Part shown: in pieces, positions 50,934 through 59,886 of the stretch
Layout of the letters: each line of letters starts with the position of its first letter
Numbering within the stretch: the stretch's first letter is position 1
Assembly: GCA_026705465.1 (NCBI GenBank)
Contig: JAPPAP010000032.1
Span: forward strand, 2,693-66,692
Length of the DNA stretch: 64,000 nucleotides
Reading direction: 5' to 3'
Source: a bacterium
GTDB taxonomy: Bacteria; Actinomycetota; Acidimicrobiia; Acidimicrobiales; Bin134
The notes under the pieces: model-generated
Seen by the model: only the letters and a program-made list of their open reading frames with translations
The model's database searches: none
Told to the model about the DNA's origin: nothing
Made by a program: the position numbers and the translations under genes

Positions 50934-53900
50934 ATGGAAGGGCAGAGCTGGCGCTTCTGGATCGACCGGGGCGGCACGTTTACCGACGTGGTGGCTCAGC
51001 AGCCCGACGGAGAGATCGTTACTGCCAAGCTGCTGTCAGAGAGCCCCCGATACCGCGATGCCGCCGTGGAGGCCATCCGGTCGCTGCTTGAGCTGGCTCC
51101 CGGCCAACCGATCCCGTCGGACCAAGTGGCCGAGGTGAAGATGGGCACCACCGTGGCCACCAATGCCCTGTTGGAGCGCCAGGGGGAACCCACCGTTCTG
51201 GTCACCACCAAGGGGTTCGCCGATGCCCTCCGCATCGGCTACCAGACCCGGCCCGAGTTGTTCGCCCTCGACATCGTGCTGCCCGACATGGTGTATGACC
51301 AGGTCATCGAGGTAGACGAGCGGGTTCAGGCGAACGGCACCGTGGAACGCACTCTGGACGAGGACGATGCTCGCCAGCAGTTGGTCGCCGCCCTCCAGAC
51401 TGGGATGCGATCGGCTGCCATCGTGTTAGTGCACGGCTACCGCTACTCCGAACACGAGGCTCGCTTGGTGGAGATTGCTTCCAAAGTCGGGTTTGAGCAC
51501 GTCTCGGCTAGCCACCAAGTGAACCCGCTCATCCGCCTTGTGCCCCGAGGCGACACTACCGTGGCCGATGCCTACCTGACGCCGGTGCTGCGCCGCCATA
51601 TCCAAACCGTCGAGGACCAAGTCGACACCTCGCTGTTGTTCATGCAGTCCAACGGCGGTTTGGCCCATCCCGACAACTTCCGGGGCAAGGACGCGCTGCT
51701 GTCCGGCCCGGCCGGCGGGGTGGTGGGCATGGCCCGCACCGGTGAAGCTGCCGGGCACGGCCGGCTGATCGGGTTCGACATGGGCGGTACCTCCACCGAC
51801 GTGTCCCACTACGACAGCCGCTTCGAGCGCACCACCGACGCCGTTGTCGCCGGTGTCCGGGTCCGGGCGCCGATGATCCTGATCCACACCGTGGCCGCAG
51901 GCGGAGGGTCGATCCTGTCGTTCGATGGCAGCCGCTTCCGTGTAGGGCCCGATTCGGCCGGCGCCGAACCCGGCCCAGCCTGCTACAGCAACGGCGGTCC
52001 GCTCACCGTGACCGATGCCAATGTCGTCCTTGGCCGATTGCACCCCGACCACTTCCCGGCGGTGTTCGGGCCCGACGGCGACCAACCCCTTGAAGCCGCT
52101 GCGGCCCAGAACGCCTTCGCCGATCTCGCTGCGGCCATCACCGAAGCCACTGGACAACTTTGGACCCCAGAGAGAGCCGCCGAGGGGTTCTTGGATGTGG
52201 CGGTCCAGAACATGGCCAACGCCATCAAGACCATCTCGGTGCAGCGGGGCCATGACGTGAGCGCCTACACGCTGGCCTGCTTTGGCGGGGCCGGGGGCCA
52301 GCACGCCTGCCGGGTGGCCGATGAGCTGGGAATGTCCACCGTGTTGATCCATCCCCACGCCGGCGTGCTCTCAGCGCTGGGCATCGGCCTGGCCGACGTG
52401 CGCTCGGTAACCGAACGGGCCGTGGGCCAACTGCTCACCGAAGAACTGCTGGCGGCGATCGCCCACGACATCGGTGAGCTGGCCGCGGCGGCCTACACCG
52501 AGGTGGCCGCCGACCTGGCCCACTCCAACATCCATATCGAGGCCAGCTTCTTCTTGCGCTACGAGGGATCCGACACCGCGCTCGAAGTCACCGCCGACGA
52601 CTACCCGCCGGTGGTGGCCGCTTTTGAAGATCTGCACCGCGCCCGGTTCGGGTTCGCTTCCCCGGAGACGCCCATCGTGCTGGAGTCAATTCAAGTGGAG
52701 GCCATTGGCCGCAGCGGCCTCTCGGAGACCTTGAGCGATCAGCCCGCCGCTCACCCCGCGGAACCTTCAGACGATCCGCATCTTTTGGCTCAACATTCGG
52801 CCAGCTTTGAGGGGCAGGCCGTCGACACTCCCTTCTACAACCGGGATGGTCTGGACCCCGGCACAATCCTGGAAGGTCCCGCGGTCATCGTCGACCCCCA
52901 CTCCACCACGGTGGTGGAGCCAGGCTGGGCCGCGGCAGTGGCCTCCAGCGGCGAACTAGTGCTGAACCGGGTTGTGCCCCGCCCGGATGCGGCCGTCGGC
53001 ACCGAAGCCGATCCGGTGATGCTGGAGATCTTCAACAACCTCTTCATGAACGTGGCCGAGCAGATGGGGGTGGCACTGGAGAACACTGCCGCCTCGGTGA
53101 ATATCAAGGAGCGACTGGACTTCTCCTGCGCCATTTTTGACCCATACGGCGAGCTGATCGCCAACGCCCCCCACATGCCGGTGCACTTGGGGTCGATGGA
53201 TATGGCGGTCAAGGCGATCATCGCCCGCCATCCCGACATGGCACCCGGCGACGCCTTCATCACAAACGCCCCCTACAACGGCGGCACCCATCTGCCCGAT
53301 GTGACCGTGGTCATGCCGATATTCGATGCCGACGGCGACGAGGTCCTGTTCTTCACCGCCTCCCGAGGCCACCACGCGGACATCGGCGGAAGTGTTCCCG
53401 GCTCCGCCCCAGCCCACGCATCGAACATCGCTGAGGAGGGGGTGCTCTTCGACGGCGAGGTTCTGGCCCGGGATGGGCGATTTCAGGAGGCCGAGATCAG
53501 GGCCATGCTCACCGATGCCGAGTGGCCAGCCCGCAACCCCGATGTGAACATCGCCGACATCAAGGCCCAGTTGGCCGCCTGCCAGAAGGGGGCCGTCTCC
53601 CTGCGCGAGGTGATCGCCTACTACAGCTTGAGCACCGTCCATGCCTACATGAGCCATGTGAGGGCCAACGCCGCCGAGTCCGTCCGCCGCCTGATCGATC
53701 GCCTGGAGGACGCCTCGTTCACCGCCCAGTTCGACGACGGCACCCAAGTGTCGGTGGCATTTCGGGTGGATCGCCGCCAGCGGTCGCTGGCCGTTGACTT
53801 CACCGGCACCAGCGACCAGCACCCGGGGAACTTCAACGCCCCCCAGCCGGTCTGCCGGGCCGCGGTGCTCTACGTCTTGCGCTGCCTGGTGGACGACAAC

Positions 53901-54542
53901 ATCCCGCTCAACAGCGGTTGCCTGGAGCCGGTGGAGTTGATCACGCCATCGCCCAGCATGATCAGCCCGGTAGAGCCCGCTGCGGTGTTCGCCGGCAACG
54001 TGGAGACGTCTCAGCTCATCGTGGACACCCTTTTCGGCGCGGTGGGCTCGGTGGCCGCTGCTCAGGGGACGATGAACAACGTGGTGTGGGGAAACCAGCG
54101 CCACCAGTACTACGAAACCGTGTGCGGCGGCGCTGGGGCCACCGCCCAACGCGACGGCTGCGATGCCGTCCACACCGGTATGACCAACGCCCGGCTCACC
54201 GATCCTGAGGTGTTGGAGCAGCGCCACCCGGTGGTGGTGGAGGAATTCTCAATCCGACGGGGCAGCGGAGGCGCTGGCCAGCATCGGGGTGGCGACGGGG
54301 TGGTGCGGCGCACCCGATTCGAAGAGCCCATGAGCCTCAACGTGCTGTCATCTCGGCGGGAAATCGCCCCTTACGGCATTGAGGGAGGCTCATCCGGGGC
54401 CGTGGGCGTCAACCGCGTCCTGAGAACCGACGGCACCGTCGAGAACCACCCCGGCGTCTTCCGCACCGAGGTGCTGCCTGGGGATCGATTCGAGGTCTCC
54501 ACCCCCGGGGGCGGTGGCTACGGCCCGCCCGAAGACCGCTGA
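50934..54542 (+). CDS. 5-oxoprolinase / hydantoinase (fused HyuA-HyuB, ATP-dependent)
   Basis: About 1200-aa ORF. The N-terminus reads WRFWIDRGGTFTDVV and the HyuB-type part contains ITNAPYNGGTHLPD. I chose the ATG at 50934. Confidence 0.85.
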   Translation: MEGQSWRFWIDRGGTFTDVVAQQPDGEIVTAKLLSESPRYRDAAVEAIRSLLELAPGQPIPSDQVAEVKMGTTVATNALLERQGEPTVLVTTKGFADALRIGYQTRPELFALDIVLPDMVYDQVIEVDERVQANGTVERTLDEDDARQQLVAALQTGMRSAAIVLVHGYRYSEHEARLVEIASKVGFEHVSASHQVNPLIRLVPRGDTTVADAYLTPVLRRHIQTVEDQVDTSLLFMQSNGGLAHPDNFRGKDALLSGPAGGVVGMARTGEAAGHGRLIGFDMGGTSTDVSHYDSRFERTTDAVVAGVRVRAPMILIHTVAAGGGSILSFDGSRFRVGPDSAGAEPGPACYSNGGPLTVTDANVVLGRLHPDHFPAVFGPDGDQPLEAAAAQNAFADLAAAITEATGQLWTPERAAEGFLDVAVQNMANAIKTISVQRGHDVSAYTLACFGGAGGQHACRVADELGMSTVLIHPHAGVLSALGIGLADVRSVTERAVGQLLTEELLAAIAHDIGELAAAAYTEVAADLAHSNIHIEASFFLRYEGSDTALEVTADDYPPVVAAFEDLHRARFGFASPETPIVLESIQVEAIGRSGLSETLSDQPAAHPAEPSDDPHLLAQHSASFEGQAVDTPFYNRDGLDPGTILEGPAVIVDPHSTTVVEPGWAAAVASSGELVLNRVVPRPDAAVGTEADPVMLEIFNNLFMNVAEQMGVALENTAASVNIKERLDFSCAIFDPYGELIANAPHMPVHLGSMDMAVKAIIARHPDMAPGDAFITNAPYNGGTHLPDVTVVMPIFDADGDEVLFFTASRGHHADIGGSVPGSAPAHASNIAEEGVLFDGEVLARDGRFQEAEIRAMLTDAEWPARNPDVNIADIKAQLAACQKGAVSLREVIAYYSLSTVHAYMSHVRANAAESVRRLIDRLEDASFTAQFDDGTQVSVAFRVDRRQRSLAVDFTGTSDQHPGNFNAPQPVCRAAVLYVLRCLVDDNIPLNSGCLEPVELITPSPSMISPVEPAAVFAGNVETSQLIVDTLFGAVGSVAAAQGTMNNVVWGNQRHQYYETVCGGAGATAQRDGCDAVHTGMTNARLTDPEVLEQRHPVVVEEFSIRRGSGGAGQHRGGDGVVRRTRFEEPMSLNVLSSRREIAPYGIEGGSSGAVGVNRVLRTDGTVENHPGVFRTEVLPGDRFEVSTPGGGGYGPPEDR

Positions 54543-55027
54543 GCGGCTAGGCGCACACCTTCGACGATGCTGGTGTAGCCAGTGCAGCGGCACAGGGTCC
54601 CGGCCAGGAACTCCCGGATCTCGTGGTCGGAGGGCTCGCCGGCATCGACGGCCCGGTCAGCCAGCCAGGCCACGGTGGACATGATGATGCCCGGGGTGCA
54701 GAAACCGCACTGAAAGCTCATGGCATCGGCGAAGGCCTGCTGCACCGGACCCAACACCGGGTTGCCAGGGTCGGACATGTCGACCAGGCCCTCGATGGTG
54801 GTCACGTCGCACCCGTGGGCCTGCACCGCCAGCATGAGGCACGATCGCACCGCGTCGCCGTCCACCAGCACCGTGCAAGTCCCACACACCCCGTGCTCGC
54901 ATCCCAGATGAGTGCCGGTCAGTCCGCACTGGCGACGCAAGAAGTCGGCCAAGGTGGTGCGGGTCTCGGCCTCAGCGGCGTACTCAGCCCCGTTGGCCCG
55001 CAATTCAACCGTGCGCTTCGGGGTCAT
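54518..55027 (-). CDS. (2Fe-2S)-binding small subunit of the xanthine dehydrogenase/CoxS family
   Basis: The Cys motifs CEHGVCGTC and CGFCTPG..CRCTGY indicate two [2Fe-2S] clusters. Confidence 0.85.
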   Translation of the reverse strand: MTPKRTVELRANGAEYAAEAETRTTLADFLRRQCGLTGTHLGCEHGVCGTCTVLVDGDAVRSCLMLAVQAHGCDVTTIEGLVDMSDPGNPVLGPVQQAFADAMSFQCGFCTPGIIMSTVAWLADRAVDAGEPSDHEIREFLAGTLCRCTGYTSIVEGVRLAAQRSSGGP

Positions 55028-55036
55028 CGGGACTTG

Positions 55037-55855
55037 CTACCAGGTGATGCTCTGGCCGGCGTTGGCCCGCAGGATCTGGCCCGTCACATAGCGGGAGGCG
55101 TCAGAGGCCAAGAACCAGATGAGGTTGGCCTGATCAGACGCCTCGCACACTTCGCCCAATGGAGAGCGGTCCCGCATGAGCTTGAGATAGCTGTCCATCT
55201 CGGCCGGGTCGACATGGCCTTCGGTGTCCCGCAGATGGCCGCCCACGAAGTTGGTCAGGGTGAAGCCAGGGGCGATGGTGTTGACCCGAACACCGCTGGG
55301 TCCGGCCTCCACCGCCAGCGACTGGGTGAGCATGGCAACCGCCGCCTTGGTGGCCGCATACACCGACAGGCCCCCCACCGGAGTGTTGATGGCGGTGGCC
55401 GATACGTTGATGATCGATCCCGACCCCTGGGGGACCATTACCCGCATGGCCGCCTGGCAGCCGAAGAACACCCCCTTGAAGTTGATGGCCAGCACCCGAT
55501 CCAGCTCGGCCTCGGTCACGTCCACCACATCGCCGTAGCTGCCCACCCCGGCCACGTTGGCCATTACGTCCAGCCGCCCGAACTCGTCCATCGCCACAGC
55601 CACGAGCTCGCTCACCTGCCCAGCCTGGGTGGTATCGGTTGGATGAGCTGTCGCCCGGCCACCGCCGTCAACGATGCGGTTGCGGACCCGGGTTGCTCCC
55701 TTTCCGTCGATGTCGCCCAGCACCACCGCAGCCCCCGCCGCGGCCAGCGTCTCCGCGGCCGCTTCGCCAATCCCGCTGGCCGCCCCGGTGATGCACGCCA
55801 CCTTCCCATTGAGGTCGAAGACTCCGAGCCCTTCCACATGCCAAGTCTGGCTCAC
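55037..55855 (-). CDS. SDR family oxidoreductase
   Basis: Shows KVACITGAASGIGEA and YAATKAA. The start is the GTG at 55855 or 55837. The track ORF's extension to 56242 is antisense to the PAC2-like gene. Confidence 0.8.
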   Translation of the reverse strand: MSQTWHVEGLGVFDLNGKVACITGAASGIGEAAAETLAAAGAAVVLGDIDGKGATRVRNRIVDGGGRATAHPTDTTQAGQVSELVAVAMDEFGRLDVMANVAGVGSYGDVVDVTEAELDRVLAINFKGVFFGCQAAMRVMVPQGSGSIINVSATAINTPVGGLSVYAATKAAVAMLTQSLAVEAGPSGVRVNTIAPGFTLTNFVGGHLRDTEGHVDPAEMDSYLKLMRDRSPLGEVCEASDQANLIWFLASDASRYVTGQILRANAGQSITW

Positions 55856-55901
55856 CGCTAACCGGCTTGCCCCACCGCTGTGCCGGTGCGAACCTTGGGC
55901 C

Positions 55902-56759
55902 ATGGCGGTGGAACTGGAATGGCTGGTGGACCAACCCTCCCAAACCAACCCGGTCATGGTGGTGGCCCTGGAGGGACTGTTCGACGCTGCTGATGCCGCC
56001 ACAACTGCGGTGCGTCTGATGAAGGAAAGCGCCAACAGCGTCGAACCGCTGGCCCACATCGACCCCGAGGGGTTCTTCAATTTCCAAGATCGACGCCCCG
56101 AAGTCCGTCTGGATGACAGCAGCAGACGGGTCATCGATTGGCCGTCAACCCAGGTAGACGCAGTGGAGCGCTTCGGCGCCAAGCACCCCCTGGTCATCGT
56201 GGACGGGGTAGAGCCCCACTTGCGGTGGCGGACCTTTGCCAACTACCTGGTGGAAGTGGCCACTGAGTGCCAGGCCGGGTTGGTGGTCACCCTGGGGGCC
56301 ATGGTCGGTCTCGCCCCTCACACACGACCGTTGGGAGTGGTGGGCAGCTCCACCAGTGCCGATCTCGCCCGCATGTTCGGCTTGGGCCGCCCCACCTACG
56401 AGGGCCCGACTGGCCTGGTGGGCGCGCTCCATGACGCCTTGGACCAGGCCCGCATACCGGTCATCTCTCTACGGGTGTCTGTCCCCCACTATGTGCCCGG
56501 ACCGCCCAATCCCGAAGCCACCCGGTCGTTGCTCAAGCGATTCGAGCTGATCACCGGCATAATCACCGATCACGCCGAGCTCGACGAGGCCGCAGCCGCT
56601 TGGCGGGAGCGGGTGGACGCTGCGGTAGCGGGCGACGACGACCTCAAGGACTACGTCGCCCAGCTTGAACGTCAGATCGATGAGGCCGACGACCTCCTCC
56701 CCACCGGCGACGACCTAGCCACCCAGTTCGAAGCCTTCCTCCGCGACCCCTGGAAATAG
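55902..56759 (+). CDS. PAC2 (proteasome assembly chaperone-like) family protein
   Basis: The ATG at 55902 gives a 285-aa protein. PVMVVALEGLFDAADAA..GPTGLVGAL resembles actinobacterial PAC2 family proteins. This assignment is from memory. Confidence 0.6.
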   Translation: MAVELEWLVDQPSQTNPVMVVALEGLFDAADAATTAVRLMKESANSVEPLAHIDPEGFFNFQDRRPEVRLDDSSRRVIDWPSTQVDAVERFGAKHPLVIVDGVEPHLRWRTFANYLVEVATECQAGLVVTLGAMVGLAPHTRPLGVVGSSTSADLARMFGLGRPTYEGPTGLVGALHDALDQARIPVISLRVSVPHYVPGPPNPEATRSLLKRFELITGIITDHAELDEAAAAWRERVDAAVAGDDDLKDYVAQLERQIDEADDLLPTGDDLATQFEAFLRDPWK

Positions 56760-56763
56760 GGTC

Positions 56764-57297
56764 TTACACCGCGGTCAAGCGGGCGACGGCTTCGTCGATG
56801 ACGGTGGTGGCCAACTTTTGGAGGGACTCGTCGTCGAGGGTGGAGACAGGGTGGGGGACGGTGACCGCGGGGTAGGAGGCCATGCCCACGGTGGGGGCGA
56901 ATGACTCGACCACCGGCTGGAAGGGCTCAGTAACCAGCAGCATTGAGGGGATACCGCGGGATTCCATGTGAACGGCGTCGTGCAGACTGCACGCCGTGCA
57001 GGCGCCTCAATCGCCAAGGCCAGAGATGATGAGGTGGGATCGGGCGGCCAGCATCTCGGCGTCATCGGAGTCGATGGGCTTGCCCGCCGCCGATTTGGAG
57101 TGGACCACGATGTCGGCCACCGGAAGGCGCTCCCGCAATCCTTCGGCCAGGTAAGTAAGCAGTTCTTTGGCGTTGTTCTTGGCGTTGTCAATCACCCCGA
57201 TGACCACAGGCTCGGTCGGCATCTGGCGAGGCGCCATGGCCACCTGCTCGACCTGGGCTTCCTCATAGACCGGCGACAACACGGTTACAGACGACAC
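56764..57297 (-). CDS. Candidate selenoprotein (UGSC-type U-x-x-C protein). The in-frame TGA at 57007..57009 is read as Sec (codon 97 of 177).
   Basis: RBS GGAAGGAG lies 5 nt before the GTG at 57297. The frame is open across a single TGA: ..SHLIISGLGD-U-GACTACSLHDAVHMESRGIPSML.. A hairpin follows directly. The track splits this into ORFs 57007..57477 and 56764..56967, which are in the same frame. Confidence 0.7.
56974..57006 (-). promoter_or_regulatory. Candidate bacterial SECIS hairpin immediately 3' of the in-frame UGA
   Basis: The RNA reads UGA GGCGCCUGCACGGCGUGCAGUCUGCACGACGCC. The upper stem is CGUGC(A)/(U)GCACG and the lower helix is GGCG/CGCC. The loop G and U fall at nt 23 and 24 counted from the U of UGA. 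Confidence 0.55.
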
Positions 57298-57310
57298 CAG
57301 AACTCCTTCC

Positions 57311-58372
57311 TCACGCCAAGGGTAGCCCGTCGCCCGGCGCGGCCACCCTTCGAGTGACCGCCACCGAGTGAACCGTCGGCGCCCAGTTGGGGATGTAGGC
57401 CGACCATCCCGCCCCCGCGCTGCCCGCAGTGACCAGGAAGATGTCGTGGGGCCCTCGGACCGTGTTGAGCTTGCCATCGGCGTCGGGGGTCATGTCGTTT
57501 TGGGCGGTGAACTCCAGCAGAACCCCGCCCGCGGCCAAATGCTCGGGAGTCACCCTGCTGTGCTCGGCCAAGAACTCCCGCACCATCAGCTTGGTCCAGC
57601 CGGCCTCGGCCAGGATCTGGCGGTGCTCGTGGCCGATCACCAGCAGCACTTGGTGCTTCTTGGCCACTGGGTAAGTGGCCGGGCCGGTCATGGCGGCGAC
57701 GAAGGTCAACAGGATGCCCTCGGGGTCGCCGTTGAGGTGGTTGGCCACCTGATGCGGGCTCTCGGAGGGAAACATGGTCACCGTGGTGTCGTCCTTTCCG
57801 TAGCCCAGTTCCACCCGCAGCGGTGGCCACCCTTCGGGCGGGGGCTCTTCGGCCACCAGCATGGTGTACTTGCCGGGGTGGCCCAGTGATGATCCGTCGA
57901 GGGTGTCCGACCGGGCCCCCAACACGTTCATGGCCACCAGCCGCAGCGCCCGCCCCACCGTGGCGTTGGCCCGGTGGCCCGGCCCTAGGGCATTTCGCCC
58001 AGTGTTGAACCCCAATTCGGCCACCAAGGGCCCGCTCACCACCGCGCACAATGCGGCCCCGCCGGTGCTGGTCACAACGGTGTGGCATCCGAACTGGGGA
58101 TCGAACATGGCCGACAGTCCAGCCAGCACTACCGGGAAGTACTCGGGGCGGCACCCGGCCATCACCGCGTTGACGGCGGCCTTCTCTGCGGTCACTTCCC
58201 GCGACCGCTCCGGCACATTGCCCACGATGTCGGCTGCCCCCACTCCGGCATAGTCGAGCATGGCCTCAACTCGCTCCGGGGTGGGCGGAATGACCGGAAG
58301 CCCGTCGGTCCACCCCCGCTCGAAGAACTCCTCTTGGACATCCGCCTCGGCGAGCACCAACTCCTGAGCCAT
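57311..58372 (-). CDS. Conserved protein of unknown function, immediately upstream of the selenoprotein candidate
   Basis: 353-aa ORF with real-protein composition. The N-terminus reads FFERGWTDGLPVIPPTPERV. Its stop is 13 nt before the downstream GTG. I did not recognise a catalytic family. Confidence 0.6.
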   Translation of the reverse strand: MAQELVLAEADVQEEFFERGWTDGLPVIPPTPERVEAMLDYAGVGAADIVGNVPERSREVTAEKAAVNAVMAGCRPEYFPVVLAGLSAMFDPQFGCHTVVTSTGGAALCAVVSGPLVAELGFNTGRNALGPGHRANATVGRALRLVAMNVLGARSDTLDGSSLGHPGKYTMLVAEEPPPEGWPPLRVELGYGKDDTTVTMFPSESPHQVANHLNGDPEGILLTFVAAMTGPATYPVAKKHQVLLVIGHEHRQILAEAGWTKLMVREFLAEHSRVTPEHLAAGGVLLEFTAQNDMTPDADGKLNTVRGPHDIFLVTAGSAGAGWSAYIPNWAPTVHSVAVTRRVAAPGDGLPLA

Positions 58373-58399
58373 GCCGAGACGCTAGTAGGGTTCCCCGCC

Positions 58400-59194
58400 G
58401 TGACCGGAAGACTGACAGGCAAGAGAACCATCGTGACCGGCGCAGGCTCGGGCATCGGCAAGGCCGCGGCCCAGTTGTTCGCGGCCGAGGGGGCCCAGGT
58501 GATGTGCGCCGACATCAACCGCGACGCTGCCGCCGCCACTGCGGCTGAGATCGGAGACCAGGCCATCAGCCAACAGGTGGATGTGACCCAGCCCGACGAT
58601 TGCCAGGCCATGACCGAGCGGGCCGTCACCGCCTTCGGAGGCCTCGATGCGGTGTACTCCAACGCCGGTGTCGACGGCCCCGGCCGGGCTGGCGATCTCA
58701 GCTTGGAGGAGTGGAACCGGGTCATCGGGGTGAACCTCACCGGCAAATGGCTGGCAGTCAAGTTCGCCATACCCCACCTCATCAAAGCCGGCGGCGGATC
58801 GCTAGTGCTCCAGGCCAGCGTCGGAGGAGTGATCGGAGTACCGGGCATTGCCGCTTACGCCGCGGCCAAGTCCGGGGTGATCGGCCTCACCCGGCAGATG
58901 GCGGTGGACTATGGACCCGACGGCATCCGGGTCAACGCCATCTGCCCCGGCACGGTGCCGACTCCCTTGGTGCGAGCCACCTACGAGAAGCGGGGCGGCT
59001 TCTCGGCCACCGCCGCTGTGGCGGCCGACGCCACCGTCGATGAGATGATCGAGGCCGCCGTGATCCGCCACCCCATCGGCCGGCTGGGCACCACCGAAGA
59101 CATCGCCCAACTCGCCGTGCACCTGGCTTCTGACGAATCGTCGTGGACCACCGGCACCGCCATCGTCATCGACGGCGGCATGTCGGTAGCCTGA
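58400..59194 (+). CDS. SDR family oxidoreductase
   Basis: The GTG at 58400 gives [26 protein letters not shown] and YAAAKSG are present. Confidence 0.85.
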   Translation: MTGRLTGKRTIVTGAGSGIGKAAAQLFAAEGAQVMCADINRDAAAATAAEIGDQAISQQVDVTQPDDCQAMTERAVTAFGGLDAVYSNAGVDGPGRAGDLSLEEWNRVIGVNLTGKWLAVKFAIPHLIKAGGGSLVLQASVGGVIGVPGIAAYAAAKSGVIGLTRQMAVDYGPDGIRVNAICPGTVPTPLVRATYEKRGGFSATAAVAADATVDEMIEAAVIRHPIGRLGTTEDIAQLAVHLASDESSWTTGTAIVIDGGMSVA

Positions 59195-59758
59195 TCAGCC
59201 CACTTCGGCGAAGAACTTCTTCCAGGTATCCAGACTCTCGGGAAGCTCCGAAGGGCCGACCGTACCGAAGTAGCGTTTGCGATCCGACTCTGACAAGCCT
59301 CCGTCGGTCAACTCGGCCATATCCATGTAGTAGATCATGGCCACCTTTCGCTCCACGAAGCACCAACGGCCGCCTTCCACCCGGTATTCGTCGAAGTAGC
59401 GCAGCGCGGTCACCAGCGTGCGACCGTCGAGAGCCAGCTCGGCGTGGGCGTTGACCATACCGGTGGCGTGATCGGGGCGGTCGGGGTCGAAATCAATCAC
59501 GTGGCTGTGGGGGTAGTGATAAGTGGCTCCGAACGCGGCCATGCGGTCGGTGTAGAAGTCGATCACCGCCTGCCGCCCCTGGTTAGCCACCATGCCATCG
59601 GCCAGGCCGAACTTGGCATCGGAGGTGAACATGTCGGCCAGGCCGTTCACATCCCGATCGTCCACTGCCATCCCGTAGCGGGCGATCAGATCCCGAATCT
59701 CCTCAATCGCCTCCAAGCGTGCAACGCGCTCAGACAGTCCGTTTGAGCCCTCAGACAT
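59195..59758 (-). CDS. NTF2-like / SnoaL_4-type domain protein
   Basis: [23 protein letters not shown] is the typical SnoaL-like N-terminus. The protein is 187 aa. Confidence 0.7.
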   Translation of the reverse strand: MSEGSNGLSERVARLEAIEEIRDLIARYGMAVDDRDVNGLADMFTSDAKFGLADGMVANQGRQAVIDFYTDRMAAFGATYHYPHSHVIDFDPDRPDHATGMVNAHAELALDGRTLVTALRYFDEYRVEGGRWCFVERKVAMIYYMDMAELTDGGLSESDRKRYFGTVGPSELPESLDTWKKFFAEVG

Positions 59759-59886
59759 GCCATATCCTCCCAGTTCGCAAGCTTCCTTTGACCTAGGCGT
59801 GCACCCAGAGACTTGCCGACCTCAGCCAGCGAAAACTACCGTCGCCCCCTGTTGGCCGGCAACACCCGGTCGGCCTTAGGGGGGCC

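Noticed and set aside
54623-55861. 412-aa plus-strand ORF.
   Set aside because: It is antisense to the CoxS-like and SDR genes, both of which have diagnostic Cys and Rossmann motifs. It is a shadow ORF.
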